This document shows positions 54,238 through 63,328 of a stretch of 64,000 bases of DNA, piece after piece; the first letter of the stretch is position 1, and every line of letters begins with the position of its first letter. Under the pieces are notes generated by a model. That model ran no database searches, was not told the DNA's origin, and was given only the letters and a program-made list of their open reading frames with translations. The translations under genes were made by a program, and so were the position numbers. Origin of the DNA: an uncultured Acidobacteriota bacterium (GTDB taxonomy: Bacteria; Acidobacteriota; Terriglobia; Acidiferrales; UBA7541); NCBI GenBank assembly GCA_963814635.1, contig CAWFDP010000001.1:145250-209249 (forward strand), read 5' to 3'.

Positions 54238-56130
54238 TTATGCCAGTGCCGCGACCGGACTGGCGATGAATCGCTGATGCCACAACTCAAACGCAATGAG
54301 TAGATAGATGTGGCGCAGATAGTTCTGGCGGCCAGCTTCGTGGTCCTCGATTAACTTGCGCAGGTAACTCTTTTCAAAGAATTGGCTCACGCCGGATGAG
54401 TCACTGAGAAGACATTCATTGACATAGTGCTTCATGCTTCCGCGGAGCCATTGATCGATGGGATTTTCGAAGCCTTTCTTTTTTCTATGCACTACCGATC
54501 GCGGCAGCCATTTTTCGATTGCTTTCTTGTGTAAATACTTGCCCTGGAAACCACGCAATTTCATGCTCGGCGGCAAAGTTTCGATGAACTCAACGAGCCG
54601 ATAGTCAAGGAAGGGAACGCGCGCTTCGAGCGAGTTCGCCATGGACGTTTTGTCGCCGACCATCAAAAGATCGTCAGGGAGACTTGCCCGGGTGTCGATG
54701 TACAGCATCTGGGTCAGAGGATCAAGGTCTTGGACGTCCGAGTACAGTCTGCTGAGCGCTTGCCTGGATTCTTCACCGTCCGCTGAAATACGCTCTTTGA
54801 CCCATGGCTTGAATAGCTGAGTCTTCATCTCCGCATTGAAGAACGAATATATTTTTATGAAACGGGTCAGCACATCGGTTTCTTGCAGGGAAACTACACC
54901 TCGCCGCAGGCGCTCATTGGTGGCATAGCGGTTTACTCCCGCGAACAATCCTTTGGTGATCAGCGAAGGTAATTTGCTATAAAGCGTCGAAAGTTTGACG
55001 CCCATATAGCGGTGATATCCCGCCCATGGTTCGTCGGCACCTTGGCCCGAGAGCACCACTTTTACTTTTCGACTGGCAATAAGGCTCACGAAATAAAAGG
55101 CGACCGACGTTTCATTCCCGACCGGTTCCTCCAAGTCCCACATGTATCGTTCAAAATAGCCGGTATAGTCTTCAGGGCGGACCATCATCTCGTCGTGGTC
55201 CGCTCCGAATTGCTGAGCCAAGTCGCGGGCGTCGGCAGTCTCGTTTTGTTGTTCACCCTGCTCAAAGCCGATGGTGAAGGTTCTGATAGGCTTGTCTGAC
55301 AACCGGCTCATGAGTGCGAGCAGTGCTCCAGAATCAATGCCAGAACTCAGAAAGAGCCCGACGGGAACATCGCTGCGCATTTGCAGGCGTACGGCATCCT
55401 CGACCAGCGAGCGATACTCCTCAACCAACTCGCCTTCGTTGATGCGCGTGCGCAGTTTGGGAGTCCACATCCAATAGCGTTGAATCTGGACAGCCGAACT
55501 GCTGACCGTCATATAGTGGCCGGGCGGAAGTTTATAAATCCCCTCAAACATGGTGTCCGGCGATGGCACATAGCGAAGGGCAAAAAACTTCGCGAGTGAG
55601 CGCAGATCCACCTCGCGCGGACATTCTGAATCTGTCAAGAGACATTTGATTTCTGAGCCGAAGAGGAAACGGTCCCCCAGCATCGTGTAGTAGAGCGGTT
55701 TCACTCCAAGATGATCGCGCGCTAAAAACAGCTGTCGCTTTGGGATGTCCCACAGCGCAAACGCGAAGATTCCGTTGAATTTACTAACGCAATCATGACC
55801 CCACTGTTCGTAGGCGTGCAGGATTACTTCGGTGTCGGATTGGGTTTTGAACCGGTGCCCGCTCTGTTTCAGTTCATCCCGAAGCTCAACGTAGTTGTAT
55901 ATTTCTCCGTTAAAAATAATCTGTAGAGAGTCATCCTCGTTGCTCATTGGCTGCGCGCCGCCGCCCAAATCAATAATGCTCAGGCGCCGATGTCCCAGGC
56001 CAATTTCCCCTTTGATGTACGATCCAAATCCATCGGGGCCGCGATGGGAAATGACCGACATCATCCTTTCGAGCGCCTCGCGCCCTACCGGCCGCTGATC
56101 GCGATGATAGATTCCACAGATCCCGCACAT
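54238..56130 (-). CDS. asnB: asparagine synthase (glutamine-hydrolysing), exosortase-locus type
   Basis: 630-aa ORF with the N-terminal nucleophile MCGICG, and SGGIDS-like LSSGIDSG in the synthetase domain. Confidence 0.9.
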   Translation of the reverse strand: MCGICGIYHRDQRPVGREALERMMSVISHRGPDGFGSYIKGEIGLGHRRLSIIDLGGGAQPMSNEDDSLQIIFNGEIYNYVELRDELKQSGHRFKTQSDTEVILHAYEQWGHDCVSKFNGIFAFALWDIPKRQLFLARDHLGVKPLYYTMLGDRFLFGSEIKCLLTDSECPREVDLRSLAKFFALRYVPSPDTMFEGIYKLPPGHYMTVSSSAVQIQRYWMWTPKLRTRINEGELVEEYRSLVEDAVRLQMRSDVPVGLFLSSGIDSGALLALMSRLSDKPIRTFTIGFEQGEQQNETADARDLAQQFGADHDEMMVRPEDYTGYFERYMWDLEEPVGNETSVAFYFVSLIASRKVKVVLSGQGADEPWAGYHRYMGVKLSTLYSKLPSLITKGLFAGVNRYATNERLRRGVVSLQETDVLTRFIKIYSFFNAEMKTQLFKPWVKERISADGEESRQALSRLYSDVQDLDPLTQMLYIDTRASLPDDLLMVGDKTSMANSLEARVPFLDYRLVEFIETLPPSMKLRGFQGKYLHKKAIEKWLPRSVVHRKKKGFENPIDQWLRGSMKHYVNECLLSDSSGVSQFFEKSYLRKLIEDHEAGRQNYLRHIYLLIAFELWHQRFIASPVAALA

Positions 56131-56156
56131 CGAATCAGGCTCCTTAGAAAGACCTC

Positions 56157-57095
56157 TTAATCATTTGACGGAAGACGTAAGCGCCCTGTAAGTCTGGAGT
56201 TAAGCATCATACGGTAGCAGCGCGCTTCTTCCGCACTGACTGCGCGACCTTGACCGGACAACCAGCAACGGGCGTACCCTTTCATCATCTCCAGGCCGGC
56301 CCAAAAAAACGGTTTGTCAACAAAAACAGATCGCAGGCACTTGAGCAGGAAGAAAAACTTTCCGCCGCCAAGCAAATAGTAGATGCTTCCGTTGGTGTTT
56401 ATGGTCCGGAGCAGACCTATCGCTGAACCTTCAACCCGCAAATGTCGAAATGGGATGTCTTCAAAATGGCGGGTTTCCCAGCCGTTCATCTGTGCCCGGA
56501 TTTCATCGAGCGTGTCCCATCCTGCAGTGGCCGCGAATCCCCCAATTTGCTGGTAACAATCACGCCTGATAACTTTCGAAGCGCCTGCCGCGTGGTAGTA
56601 GGGCATCGGGATCATGTGCGGCCCATCCTCGGATTCCTCGTAATAAACGCCGGAAGCAATTCCGAGGCGATTGTTGTTTTCAAATCGTGTTAATAATTGT
56701 TCGAAATAGTCTTCAGGTAATTCCAGATCCGTATCCAGTTTCACGACGATCTCAAAATCCAGGTCTTTGAGGAGATCGAAGCCCTTGTTGAAAGCGTGAA
56801 CGACCGCAGGGCGAGGATTCCGAGCAGGGCTAGCTGATCTACGAACAAGAGTGATCCAATCATATTTTCTTGCGAATGCTTCAATGATTTCGGGCGTTCG
56901 ATCTTGCGAGCCGTCGTCCACCAGCACCCAGCGCAGCGGACGCACCCTTTGGTTAACCATTGAATACAACACTCTTTCGATGAACTGTTCTTCATCGCGT
57001 GCAGGCGAGATGACCACGTATCGCGGCAAAACCCTCCTGGGCTCGGGTGACTTTTCCGGTGGTGCGCTTACCAGAGTTGTTCGCTTGTGCATCAT
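56157..57095 (-). CDS. family 2 glycosyltransferase
   Basis: VVISPARDEEQFIERVLYSMVNQRVRPLRWVLVDDGSQDRTPEII. It is a paralog of the next gene. Confidence 0.85.
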   Translation of the reverse strand: MMHKRTTLVSAPPEKSPEPRRVLPRYVVISPARDEEQFIERVLYSMVNQRVRPLRWVLVDDGSQDRTPEIIEAFARKYDWITLVRRSASPARNPRPAVVHAFNKGFDLLKDLDFEIVVKLDTDLELPEDYFEQLLTRFENNNRLGIASGVYYEESEDGPHMIPMPYYHAAGASKVIRRDCYQQIGGFAATAGWDTLDEIRAQMNGWETRHFEDIPFRHLRVEGSAIGLLRTINTNGSIYYLLGGGKFFFLLKCLRSVFVDKPFFWAGLEMMKGYARCWLSGQGRAVSAEEARCYRMMLNSRLTGRLRLPSND

Positions 57096-57242
57096 TTTTC
57101 CCTGAAAGGCGAAACTCAGGTATCCTCCTTCGCTGAGGCAGGGTTTCAGCGGTGTATTGGGGCGATCTTGAAGATCTTCGACTGATCCATCTCTCCGTTC
57201 CAGAGTCGGAGCCCATCAGGTACAACGTATCGATTCTAGTTC

Positions 57243-58142
57243 CTACGAGTGCCCTGTCTCCTGAAATTTCGAAGGATGGGACGAACTAAACAAGGCCGTA
57301 AGCCGGGCATTCAGCATTCGCCGGTAGTGCTTTGCCTCTGCTTCGGTGACCAACCTCGGCGTGTGTACCAGCCAATGCCGCAAAAAGCCCACGAGTGTCG
57401 ATAGGCTCACAATCACATATGGACGCAGCGTCAGCTGTCGAAGGCACTTAAAAAGAAGGAAGAAAAAGCTCCCGCCCACCAGATAATAGGTTTCGCCGTT
57501 CTTTCGAAAGGTGTTCAGCCGCCCAAGGCTTTCGCCCTCGTGCCGTAAGTGCCAGAACGTCAGCTCTGGAATATGACGCGTCTTCCAGCCCCTCATCTGC
57601 GCCCTGATTTCGTCGATGGTGTCCCAGCCGAAGGTTGGCGAGTAACCTCCGAAGTCGCTGTAGCATTCTTTGCGCATACACTTGGACGCGCCCGCTGAGT
57701 GGTACCAGGGCATGTGAACTGGCATCCAGCGTTTGCCATCATCCTCCAAGTAAATTCCAGATGCGATGCCTAGCTTCGCATCTCGCTGAAACTCGTTCAG
57801 AAGATTCTCAAAATAATCTTCCGGAAGTCTCAAATCTGCATCCAGTTTTACAATAAATTCGAACTCTACATCTTTCAGTTCGGAGAGCCCTGCATTAAAT
57901 GCATAGACGCCCGCCGGTCCGGGATTTCGATCTTCCCGGCGCGGCAGCGTGACGATACGAATCCAATCGTACCTTTGGCTGAAGTTCTTCAGTATCTCTG
58001 GCGTTCGGTCCTTTGATCCATCATCCACAATTATCCAGCGCTGCGGGCGAATGGTCTGAGCAATTACCGACGCTGCGGTAATTTCTAGGAAGTCTTGCTC
58101 ATCCCGGGCGGGAGAGATGACCACGTAACGCTTTCTCTGCAT
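57243..58142 (-). CDS. family 2 glycosyltransferase (tandem paralog)
   Basis: VVISPARDEQDFLEITAASVIAQTIRPQRWIIVDDGSKDRTPEIL. Confidence 0.85.
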   Translation of the reverse strand: MQRKRYVVISPARDEQDFLEITAASVIAQTIRPQRWIIVDDGSKDRTPEILKNFSQRYDWIRIVTLPRREDRNPGPAGVYAFNAGLSELKDVEFEFIVKLDADLRLPEDYFENLLNEFQRDAKLGIASGIYLEDDGKRWMPVHMPWYHSAGASKCMRKECYSDFGGYSPTFGWDTIDEIRAQMRGWKTRHIPELTFWHLRHEGESLGRLNTFRKNGETYYLVGGSFFFLLFKCLRQLTLRPYVIVSLSTLVGFLRHWLVHTPRLVTEAEAKHYRRMLNARLTALFSSSHPSKFQETGHS

Positions 58143-58209
58143 CAGTCTGCTTTCAAGCCTCTCGGTAGGCCAGAGTCGATCTGAACTTCACGCCATCACC
58201 GGTGTTTCA

Positions 58210-59100
58210 TTAAGTTTCTCGATGCTCAACTTGACTGGCTTGTTGCATCTGGGTCATGTGGTGATGCATTGTCTTGTAAAGCCGTTGCGGCCAGTGCAGC
58301 CAGTCGTAGCCACCTTCGAGTTTGGCTCTGAAAAAGCTGGGATCATCCCAGGAATTCGCCGGCAACCTCGGGAGGAAGAGCGGGTCGCTGTGGGTCGATG
58401 CTCGTCCCAGAATCGTGGTAACACCGTTTTCATACCCCTGGTTTTGCAATGCATCGCGAAGGTAACGCACAAAATTCTGGTCTTCTTCAGGGAACGCATA
58501 GGGATAAGCGAACGAAGTGACCCGCTCGCCAAGCCGGCTCTCCATTGTTTCTTTTGAGCAACCCAATTCGTATTCTATCTGCTCAGGCGAAAGGGAGCGC
58601 ATGTCGGGATGGGTGACGGTGTGCGAGCCAAATTGAATTCCCGCTGTACGCATCTCACGAACTTCATTCCAGCTCAAATATTCCACGCCTTCGTATACTT
58701 CCGCGGAGTTCTTGATACGACTGGTGGCCAGATAAATGGTGGCGGTGAACCCGAATTTCCTCAGTATCGAGAATGCGTCGGTGTAAAAATCTCGATATCC
58801 GTCATCGAAGGTGATGGACACGATTTTCTGACCAGCCTGTTTCCGGAGCGCCTCGCCAGAGCAATCCCCGGGATCGACCGTCCGGTAGCCTGCATCACGC
58901 AGGGCGCGCATCTGTTGTTCGAAAAGCTTCGGCGAAGTGTTGATCTGATAGTAGGGATGCGATTTTCCAAAAAGATTATTCGAAACGCTGTGATACATCA
59001 GAATCGGCACCTTGGGTTCGGTGCCGACGTTCATCAAGCGCGTCAGCGGCCAGAAAAAGAAGACACTAGCCAAGCGATCGGGGCGAATCATGATGCTCAT
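58210..59100 (-). CDS. polysaccharide deacetylase (NodB/CE4)
   Basis: ITFDDGYRDFY ... GSHTVTHPDM, the canonical motifs. Confidence 0.85.
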   Translation of the reverse strand: MSIMIRPDRLASVFFFWPLTRLMNVGTEPKVPILMYHSVSNNLFGKSHPYYQINTSPKLFEQQMRALRDAGYRTVDPGDCSGEALRKQAGQKIVSITFDDGYRDFYTDAFSILRKFGFTATIYLATSRIKNSAEVYEGVEYLSWNEVREMRTAGIQFGSHTVTHPDMRSLSPEQIEYELGCSKETMESRLGERVTSFAYPYAFPEEDQNFVRYLRDALQNQGYENGVTTILGRASTHSDPLFLPRLPANSWDDPSFFRAKLEGGYDWLHWPQRLYKTMHHHMTQMQQASQVEHRET

Positions 59101-59123
59101 TTCCTCTATTTAGTCTTTTCGTT

Positions 59124-60374
59124 TCAGGAATGAACCGGGGAATTGCTCTCGGAAGCGCTGTTCTCAACAACTGGCGGGAAACTCTCGGGCGGCGTTACGG
59201 CCGCCGCTTCGCGGCCGGCCAAACGGTCAACCAATGCCAGATATTCAACCTTCTTCGCCGTCCAACTACTCTCTTTCGCGTGCTTCGCAGCGTTTCGAAC
59301 CAGTTCCTGCCTGCGATTGGAATCGGCGCTCAGCCGCAGCATCGCTGCGGCCAGGGCAGGTTCATTTTCCGACGCAAAGAATTCGACTCGCGAATCATTG
59401 TGATAAAACTCATCAATCTTGGTTCGCGAAACGATTACCGGTACTCCGACCGACATGAACTCCATGATCTTGGTGCTGGCCGCTTCGGTGCCAAAAGCAG
59501 AAGACGCTCTTTTGGGAACGACCGCCAGATCGGCGTTGCACATGACCTGCACTACCTCATCTAGAGGGGTCCATTCGTGAAAAATCACGCGGTTCTGAAG
59601 ATGAAGGGAATTGACCAATGTAATTAAATCCGGTTTTGCGGCGCCCTCTCCGTAAATATGAAACTCCGCATTGGGAATCTCATCCTTAATCCGGGCGAAG
59701 GCGCGAATCGCAACGTCTAAACCCTGGTGCCAGTTCAATGAGCCCGGGTACAGGATTTGAAACTTTCCGTCATTGCGCGTCCGTGCTCTCGGATAAAATC
59801 GATCGGCGTCGGGGTAATTACAAAAAGCGCTGCACTTTTCCGGCGTAACCGAACGTTTCAACAATCGCTCTTTCCACAAATCGTTGGCAATGATCACGTG
59901 GCTAGAAAATTTTGCGGAAACCTGTTCTACGAAAACAAGAGCGCGGAACATCAGCGATTGCTGTGACACCTTGAATTTGCTGGCATAAAACTCCGGCAGG
60001 ATGTCGTGAATGTCCAGAATGACCGGTACCCCGGTCAGCCGGAGACTGGCCGCTGAAAAAACCAGAAAGTCCGGAACCGAATGCACGTGCGCAATGTCAT
60101 ATCGCTTCTGCCAATGCAGCTTGCTGATCGCGAAAAATGAATGAATGAAGAAACGCAGCGTCCTCCAGAGGTAGGAAAGCGGGCCGCGTTCGTTCACCGT
60201 GCGTTCCTGAATCCGATAGACTCTGGCACCGCCAACTACTTCAAACCGCGACTGCTCCGGGCGCCGCAGGGCAATTACATCCACCTCGTCGCCGCGCTCC
60301 AGCAGACTCTTGGTGTATTGCAGAATACGGGTATCCACTTCGTAGAACGAGTATGCCAGGACGCAGACTCTCAT
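59124..60374 (-). CDS. family 4 (GT-B) glycosyltransferase
   Basis: 416-aa ORF with the C-terminal EX7E-region pattern (FGTEAASTKIMEFMSVGVPVIVS). Confidence 0.85.
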   Translation of the reverse strand: MRVCVLAYSFYEVDTRILQYTKSLLERGDEVDVIALRRPEQSRFEVVGGARVYRIQERTVNERGPLSYLWRTLRFFIHSFFAISKLHWQKRYDIAHVHSVPDFLVFSAASLRLTGVPVILDIHDILPEFYASKFKVSQQSLMFRALVFVEQVSAKFSSHVIIANDLWKERLLKRSVTPEKCSAFCNYPDADRFYPRARTRNDGKFQILYPGSLNWHQGLDVAIRAFARIKDEIPNAEFHIYGEGAAKPDLITLVNSLHLQNRVIFHEWTPLDEVVQVMCNADLAVVPKRASSAFGTEAASTKIMEFMSVGVPVIVSRTKIDEFYHNDSRVEFFASENEPALAAAMLRLSADSNRRQELVRNAAKHAKESSWTAKKVEYLALVDRLAGREAAAVTPPESFPPVVENSASESNSPVHS

Positions 60375-61621
60375 CCGTTCACCTTGAGGGGTTGCCGGCG
60401 CCAGAGATTTCGCTGCACCAGTCGGGTAAGCGAACCAAACACTGTCCGCAGCTTCTCTCGCAGTGGCAGTTGCGCCCAGCTACGAAAGAGCGAAAATCCG
60501 ATGTAATTTGGAATTGGAATCATCAGCAATTTTCTGGCGAGTAGCCGGCCAAAAATCTCGCGTCTGCGGGTAAGCAGGTGCACTTGGGCAGCCATCACGG
60601 CTTCGGTGCCCACCCGGGTCAGCGTGACGTACCCAGCGTCCATTGCCCGCTGCAAGACTTGTCTTCCCCGTTCGGTTCGCACCAGCACGATCGACCGCCC
60701 GGGATCGTTGCCGCCCTCAAACTGTTCCCACGCATCTCCACAGGAGATATCAGCCACTCGTCCGAGGCCATCGGGACAAATCTGGCACCGCATCGGACGG
60801 TACGCTTGAAGATGTCCCCACGATTCCTGATAGCTGAAGGAGCGCGAAACCTCTCTACCGCCAACCCACGCGCGAAACCGCCCTGGCCAACCGTCACCAC
60901 GATAGCGCAGACCGCTGAGACTCTCTAGCGGCACATCAATTTTGCTGACCAAATCGCGCACACCTTTTGTGCTTGGTGTACCAGCGCAAAAGAATGCTAG
61001 AACTAGCCCGAGTTTTTGATCAAGCGCTGGCCGGCCTTGCCTCGCAAGCATGGCGCCCGTCGTGTCGCAGGGCTTTCCCACGAACACACACGGCTCGCTG
61101 CTGTTTTCAATTTCCTTCAGACCGTCACAAGGGGAAGCGGGTGCGTATCGCGAGCCGGTTCGCTGTAGCAACTCCGATCGACCGTGACTCTCGACCGTCT
61201 TATTAAGCCACGGCTTTTCAGGATCTTGACCGGTATGAAGGACTGATGACATGCCGTCCCGCTCGAGGCAGTAGAGAGAGAGTGCCGTAAGCAATCCACC
61301 GGAAGAAGCGCGCATACGGAGTTCGGGATCGCTGGCGAATCCCTCCCATATCTCCAATGCCGGTCCGAATTCGTGATCCGCTTCCGTTGTCTTAGAAAGA
61401 GCACCGGCCGCAAGCGCGCTGTCCACACTATAACCGGGACAAACTTTTAAGCACTCGCCGCACGCGGCGCATTCGTCGTTCAGAAACGTGGGCCGAATTC
61501 CCACGTTTTCCACGTTGACGAGCCGCACGCCATTCTTGCTGCAAGCGTACGCACACGCGCCGCAACCGGTGCACAGACCCCAATCCACCACATCTTTTAG
61601 ATTTTGGATGGTTCGCGGCAC
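60371..61621 (-). CDS. coenzyme F420 hydrogenase/dehydrogenase beta-subunit-like Fe-S protein
   Basis: Two ferredoxin-type clusters (CTGCGACAYACS and CAACGECLKVCP) followed by an FrhB/FdhB-like domain. Common in polysaccharide loci alongside pyruvyl transferases. Confidence 0.8.
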   Translation of the reverse strand: MPRTIQNLKDVVDWGLCTGCGACAYACSKNGVRLVNVENVGIRPTFLNDECAACGECLKVCPGYSVDSALAAGALSKTTEADHEFGPALEIWEGFASDPELRMRASSGGLLTALSLYCLERDGMSSVLHTGQDPEKPWLNKTVESHGRSELLQRTGSRYAPASPCDGLKEIENSSEPCVFVGKPCDTTGAMLARQGRPALDQKLGLVLAFFCAGTPSTKGVRDLVSKIDVPLESLSGLRYRGDGWPGRFRAWVGGREVSRSFSYQESWGHLQAYRPMRCQICPDGLGRVADISCGDAWEQFEGGNDPGRSIVLVRTERGRQVLQRAMDAGYVTLTRVGTEAVMAAQVHLLTRRREIFGRLLARKLLMIPIPNYIGFSLFRSWAQLPLREKLRTVFGSLTRLVQRNLWRRQPLKVNG

Positions 61622-61625
61622 GAGT

Positions 61626-62834
61626 CTAGCGCGATGCGCCGACCTTGCCCGCGACGAACTCTTTCACCTGTGCTACAACTTCGTCTTGCTGGGAATTGGT
61701 AAGTTGCGGGAACATTGGCAGCGAAACAATTTCCGAGGCGACGCGTTCGGTTACCGGGAATGCGCCGTGCTTGTAGCCAAGGTGCTGATATGCCTTTTGC
61801 AAGTGCAGTGGAATCGGATAATGAATTCCGCTGCCGATTCCGGCTTCCGTCAAGTGGGCCTGGAACGCCTCGCGGTCACGAACGCGAACCACGTACAAAT
61901 GATAGACGCCCTTGCTCCACCCAGCCTCCTGCGGAATCACCAAGCCATCTTCTGTGCCCGAGAGCATCGAATGATAGCGATGTGCAATCTCTCTCCGCCG
62001 CGCATTCCAATTCGCCAGATGGCGCAATTTCACGGATAGCCAGCCTGCTTGTATCGAATCCAGGCGGCCATTGTAGCCTTCGATATCGTGATAATACTTC
62101 TTCGCTTGCCCGTGGTCGCGGATCATCTTCATCCGTTTGGCCATGGCCTCGTCATTTGTAGTAATCGCGCCAGCTTCACCGCATGCCCCGAGATTTTTCC
62201 CCGGATAAAAACTGAACGCCGCCGCCAGCCCCATTGATCCGGCTTTCTTCCAAACGTTGTCCCGTTTGGAAAAATATTCAGCTCCGTGTGCCTGGCACGC
62301 GTCTTCGATAACGATCAGCTTGTACTTCGCGGCCAGGTCCTCGATGGGGTCCATGTCAGCTGTTTGCCCGTACAGGTGCACCGGCACGATCGCCGAGACC
62401 ACTCGCCGCGAACTCTTTTCCACAAGCTTGCCAGTGGCGCGGTCAAATTCGCACTGCGATTGGAGATATTCCCGGAGCTTTTCCGGGTCCATGGTGTATG
62501 TGGATTCGTTGATGTCCACAAAGGCGATGTGCGCGCCTGCCTGGGAAATCGCCTCGGTGGTCGCGATGAAGGTGTGCGGGACGGTGACGATGATTTCTCC
62601 CGGCTGCACGCCTGCCGCCATGAATGCAAAGCGCAGCGCGTCGGTTCCGCTATTGACGCCAACACAGTATTTCGCGCCTGAAAAGTGGGCAAATTCCCGT
62701 TCGAAATCCTCTACCATCGGGCCGCCAATGAAACCCGCCGTCTGCAGGGCCTTCTCGACAACTTGCAACAGCTCAGTCTTCAACTCCTGGTGTGGGGTGA
62801 CCAGATCCAGAAACGGGATTTTAGTAGCAGTCAT
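61626..62834 (-). CDS. DegT/DnrJ/EryC1/StrS-family PLP aminotransferase (WbpE-like)
   Basis: 402-aa ORF with GTDALRFAF... and ...FSFYPGKNLGA (the PLP lysine region). Confidence 0.9.
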   Translation of the reverse strand: MTATKIPFLDLVTPHQELKTELLQVVEKALQTAGFIGGPMVEDFEREFAHFSGAKYCVGVNSGTDALRFAFMAAGVQPGEIIVTVPHTFIATTEAISQAGAHIAFVDINESTYTMDPEKLREYLQSQCEFDRATGKLVEKSSRRVVSAIVPVHLYGQTADMDPIEDLAAKYKLIVIEDACQAHGAEYFSKRDNVWKKAGSMGLAAAFSFYPGKNLGACGEAGAITTNDEAMAKRMKMIRDHGQAKKYYHDIEGYNGRLDSIQAGWLSVKLRHLANWNARRREIAHRYHSMLSGTEDGLVIPQEAGWSKGVYHLYVVRVRDREAFQAHLTEAGIGSGIHYPIPLHLQKAYQHLGYKHGAFPVTERVASEIVSLPMFPQLTNSQQDEVVAQVKEFVAGKVGASR

Positions 62835-62839
62835 AATTG

Positions 62840-63328
62840 CTATTTTTTCTCCTGTGGAATGTGTCGCAAAAATTTTGCCGGATTTCCAGCCACAATCGCG
62901 TTCGCCGGTACATCTTTCGTGACCACGCTTCCGGCGCCGACGATGGCATTTTCACCGATCGTCACCTTGCTCAAAATCGTTGAGCCCGAACCGATCGAAG
63001 CTCCTTTTTTTACAAGGGTGGCTTCGACCTTCCAATCGGCCTCAGTCTGCAGCGACCCATCCAGATTTGCCGCGCGCGGATAGGAGTCGTTGATGAACGT
63101 CACGCTGTGGCCAATGAACACGTTGTCTTCGATCTCCACTCCCTCGCAGATGAAGGTATGACTGGAGATTTTGCAGCGCCGGCCAACCTTGGCGTTCTTT
63201 TGAATCTCAACGAACGCCCCAATCTTGGTTTCGTCTCCGATCTCGCAGCCGTAGAGATTGATGAATTTTGAAAACTTGACGTCTTTTCCAAGCTTTACGC
63301 TGGGGGCTATGCAGACAAACTCGTTCAC
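62840..63328 (-). CDS. hexapeptide-repeat (left-handed beta-helix) sugar N-acetyltransferase (WbpD-like)
   Basis: 162-aa ORF with repeated [LIV]G-x4 hexapeptides (IGDETKIGAFVEIQKNAKVG...). Confidence 0.85.
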   Translation of the reverse strand: MNEFVCIAPSVKLGKDVKFSKFINLYGCEIGDETKIGAFVEIQKNAKVGRRCKISSHTFICEGVEIEDNVFIGHSVTFINDSYPRAANLDGSLQTEADWKVEATLVKKGASIGSGSTILSKVTIGENAIVGAGSVVTKDVPANAIVAGNPAKFLRHIPQEKK

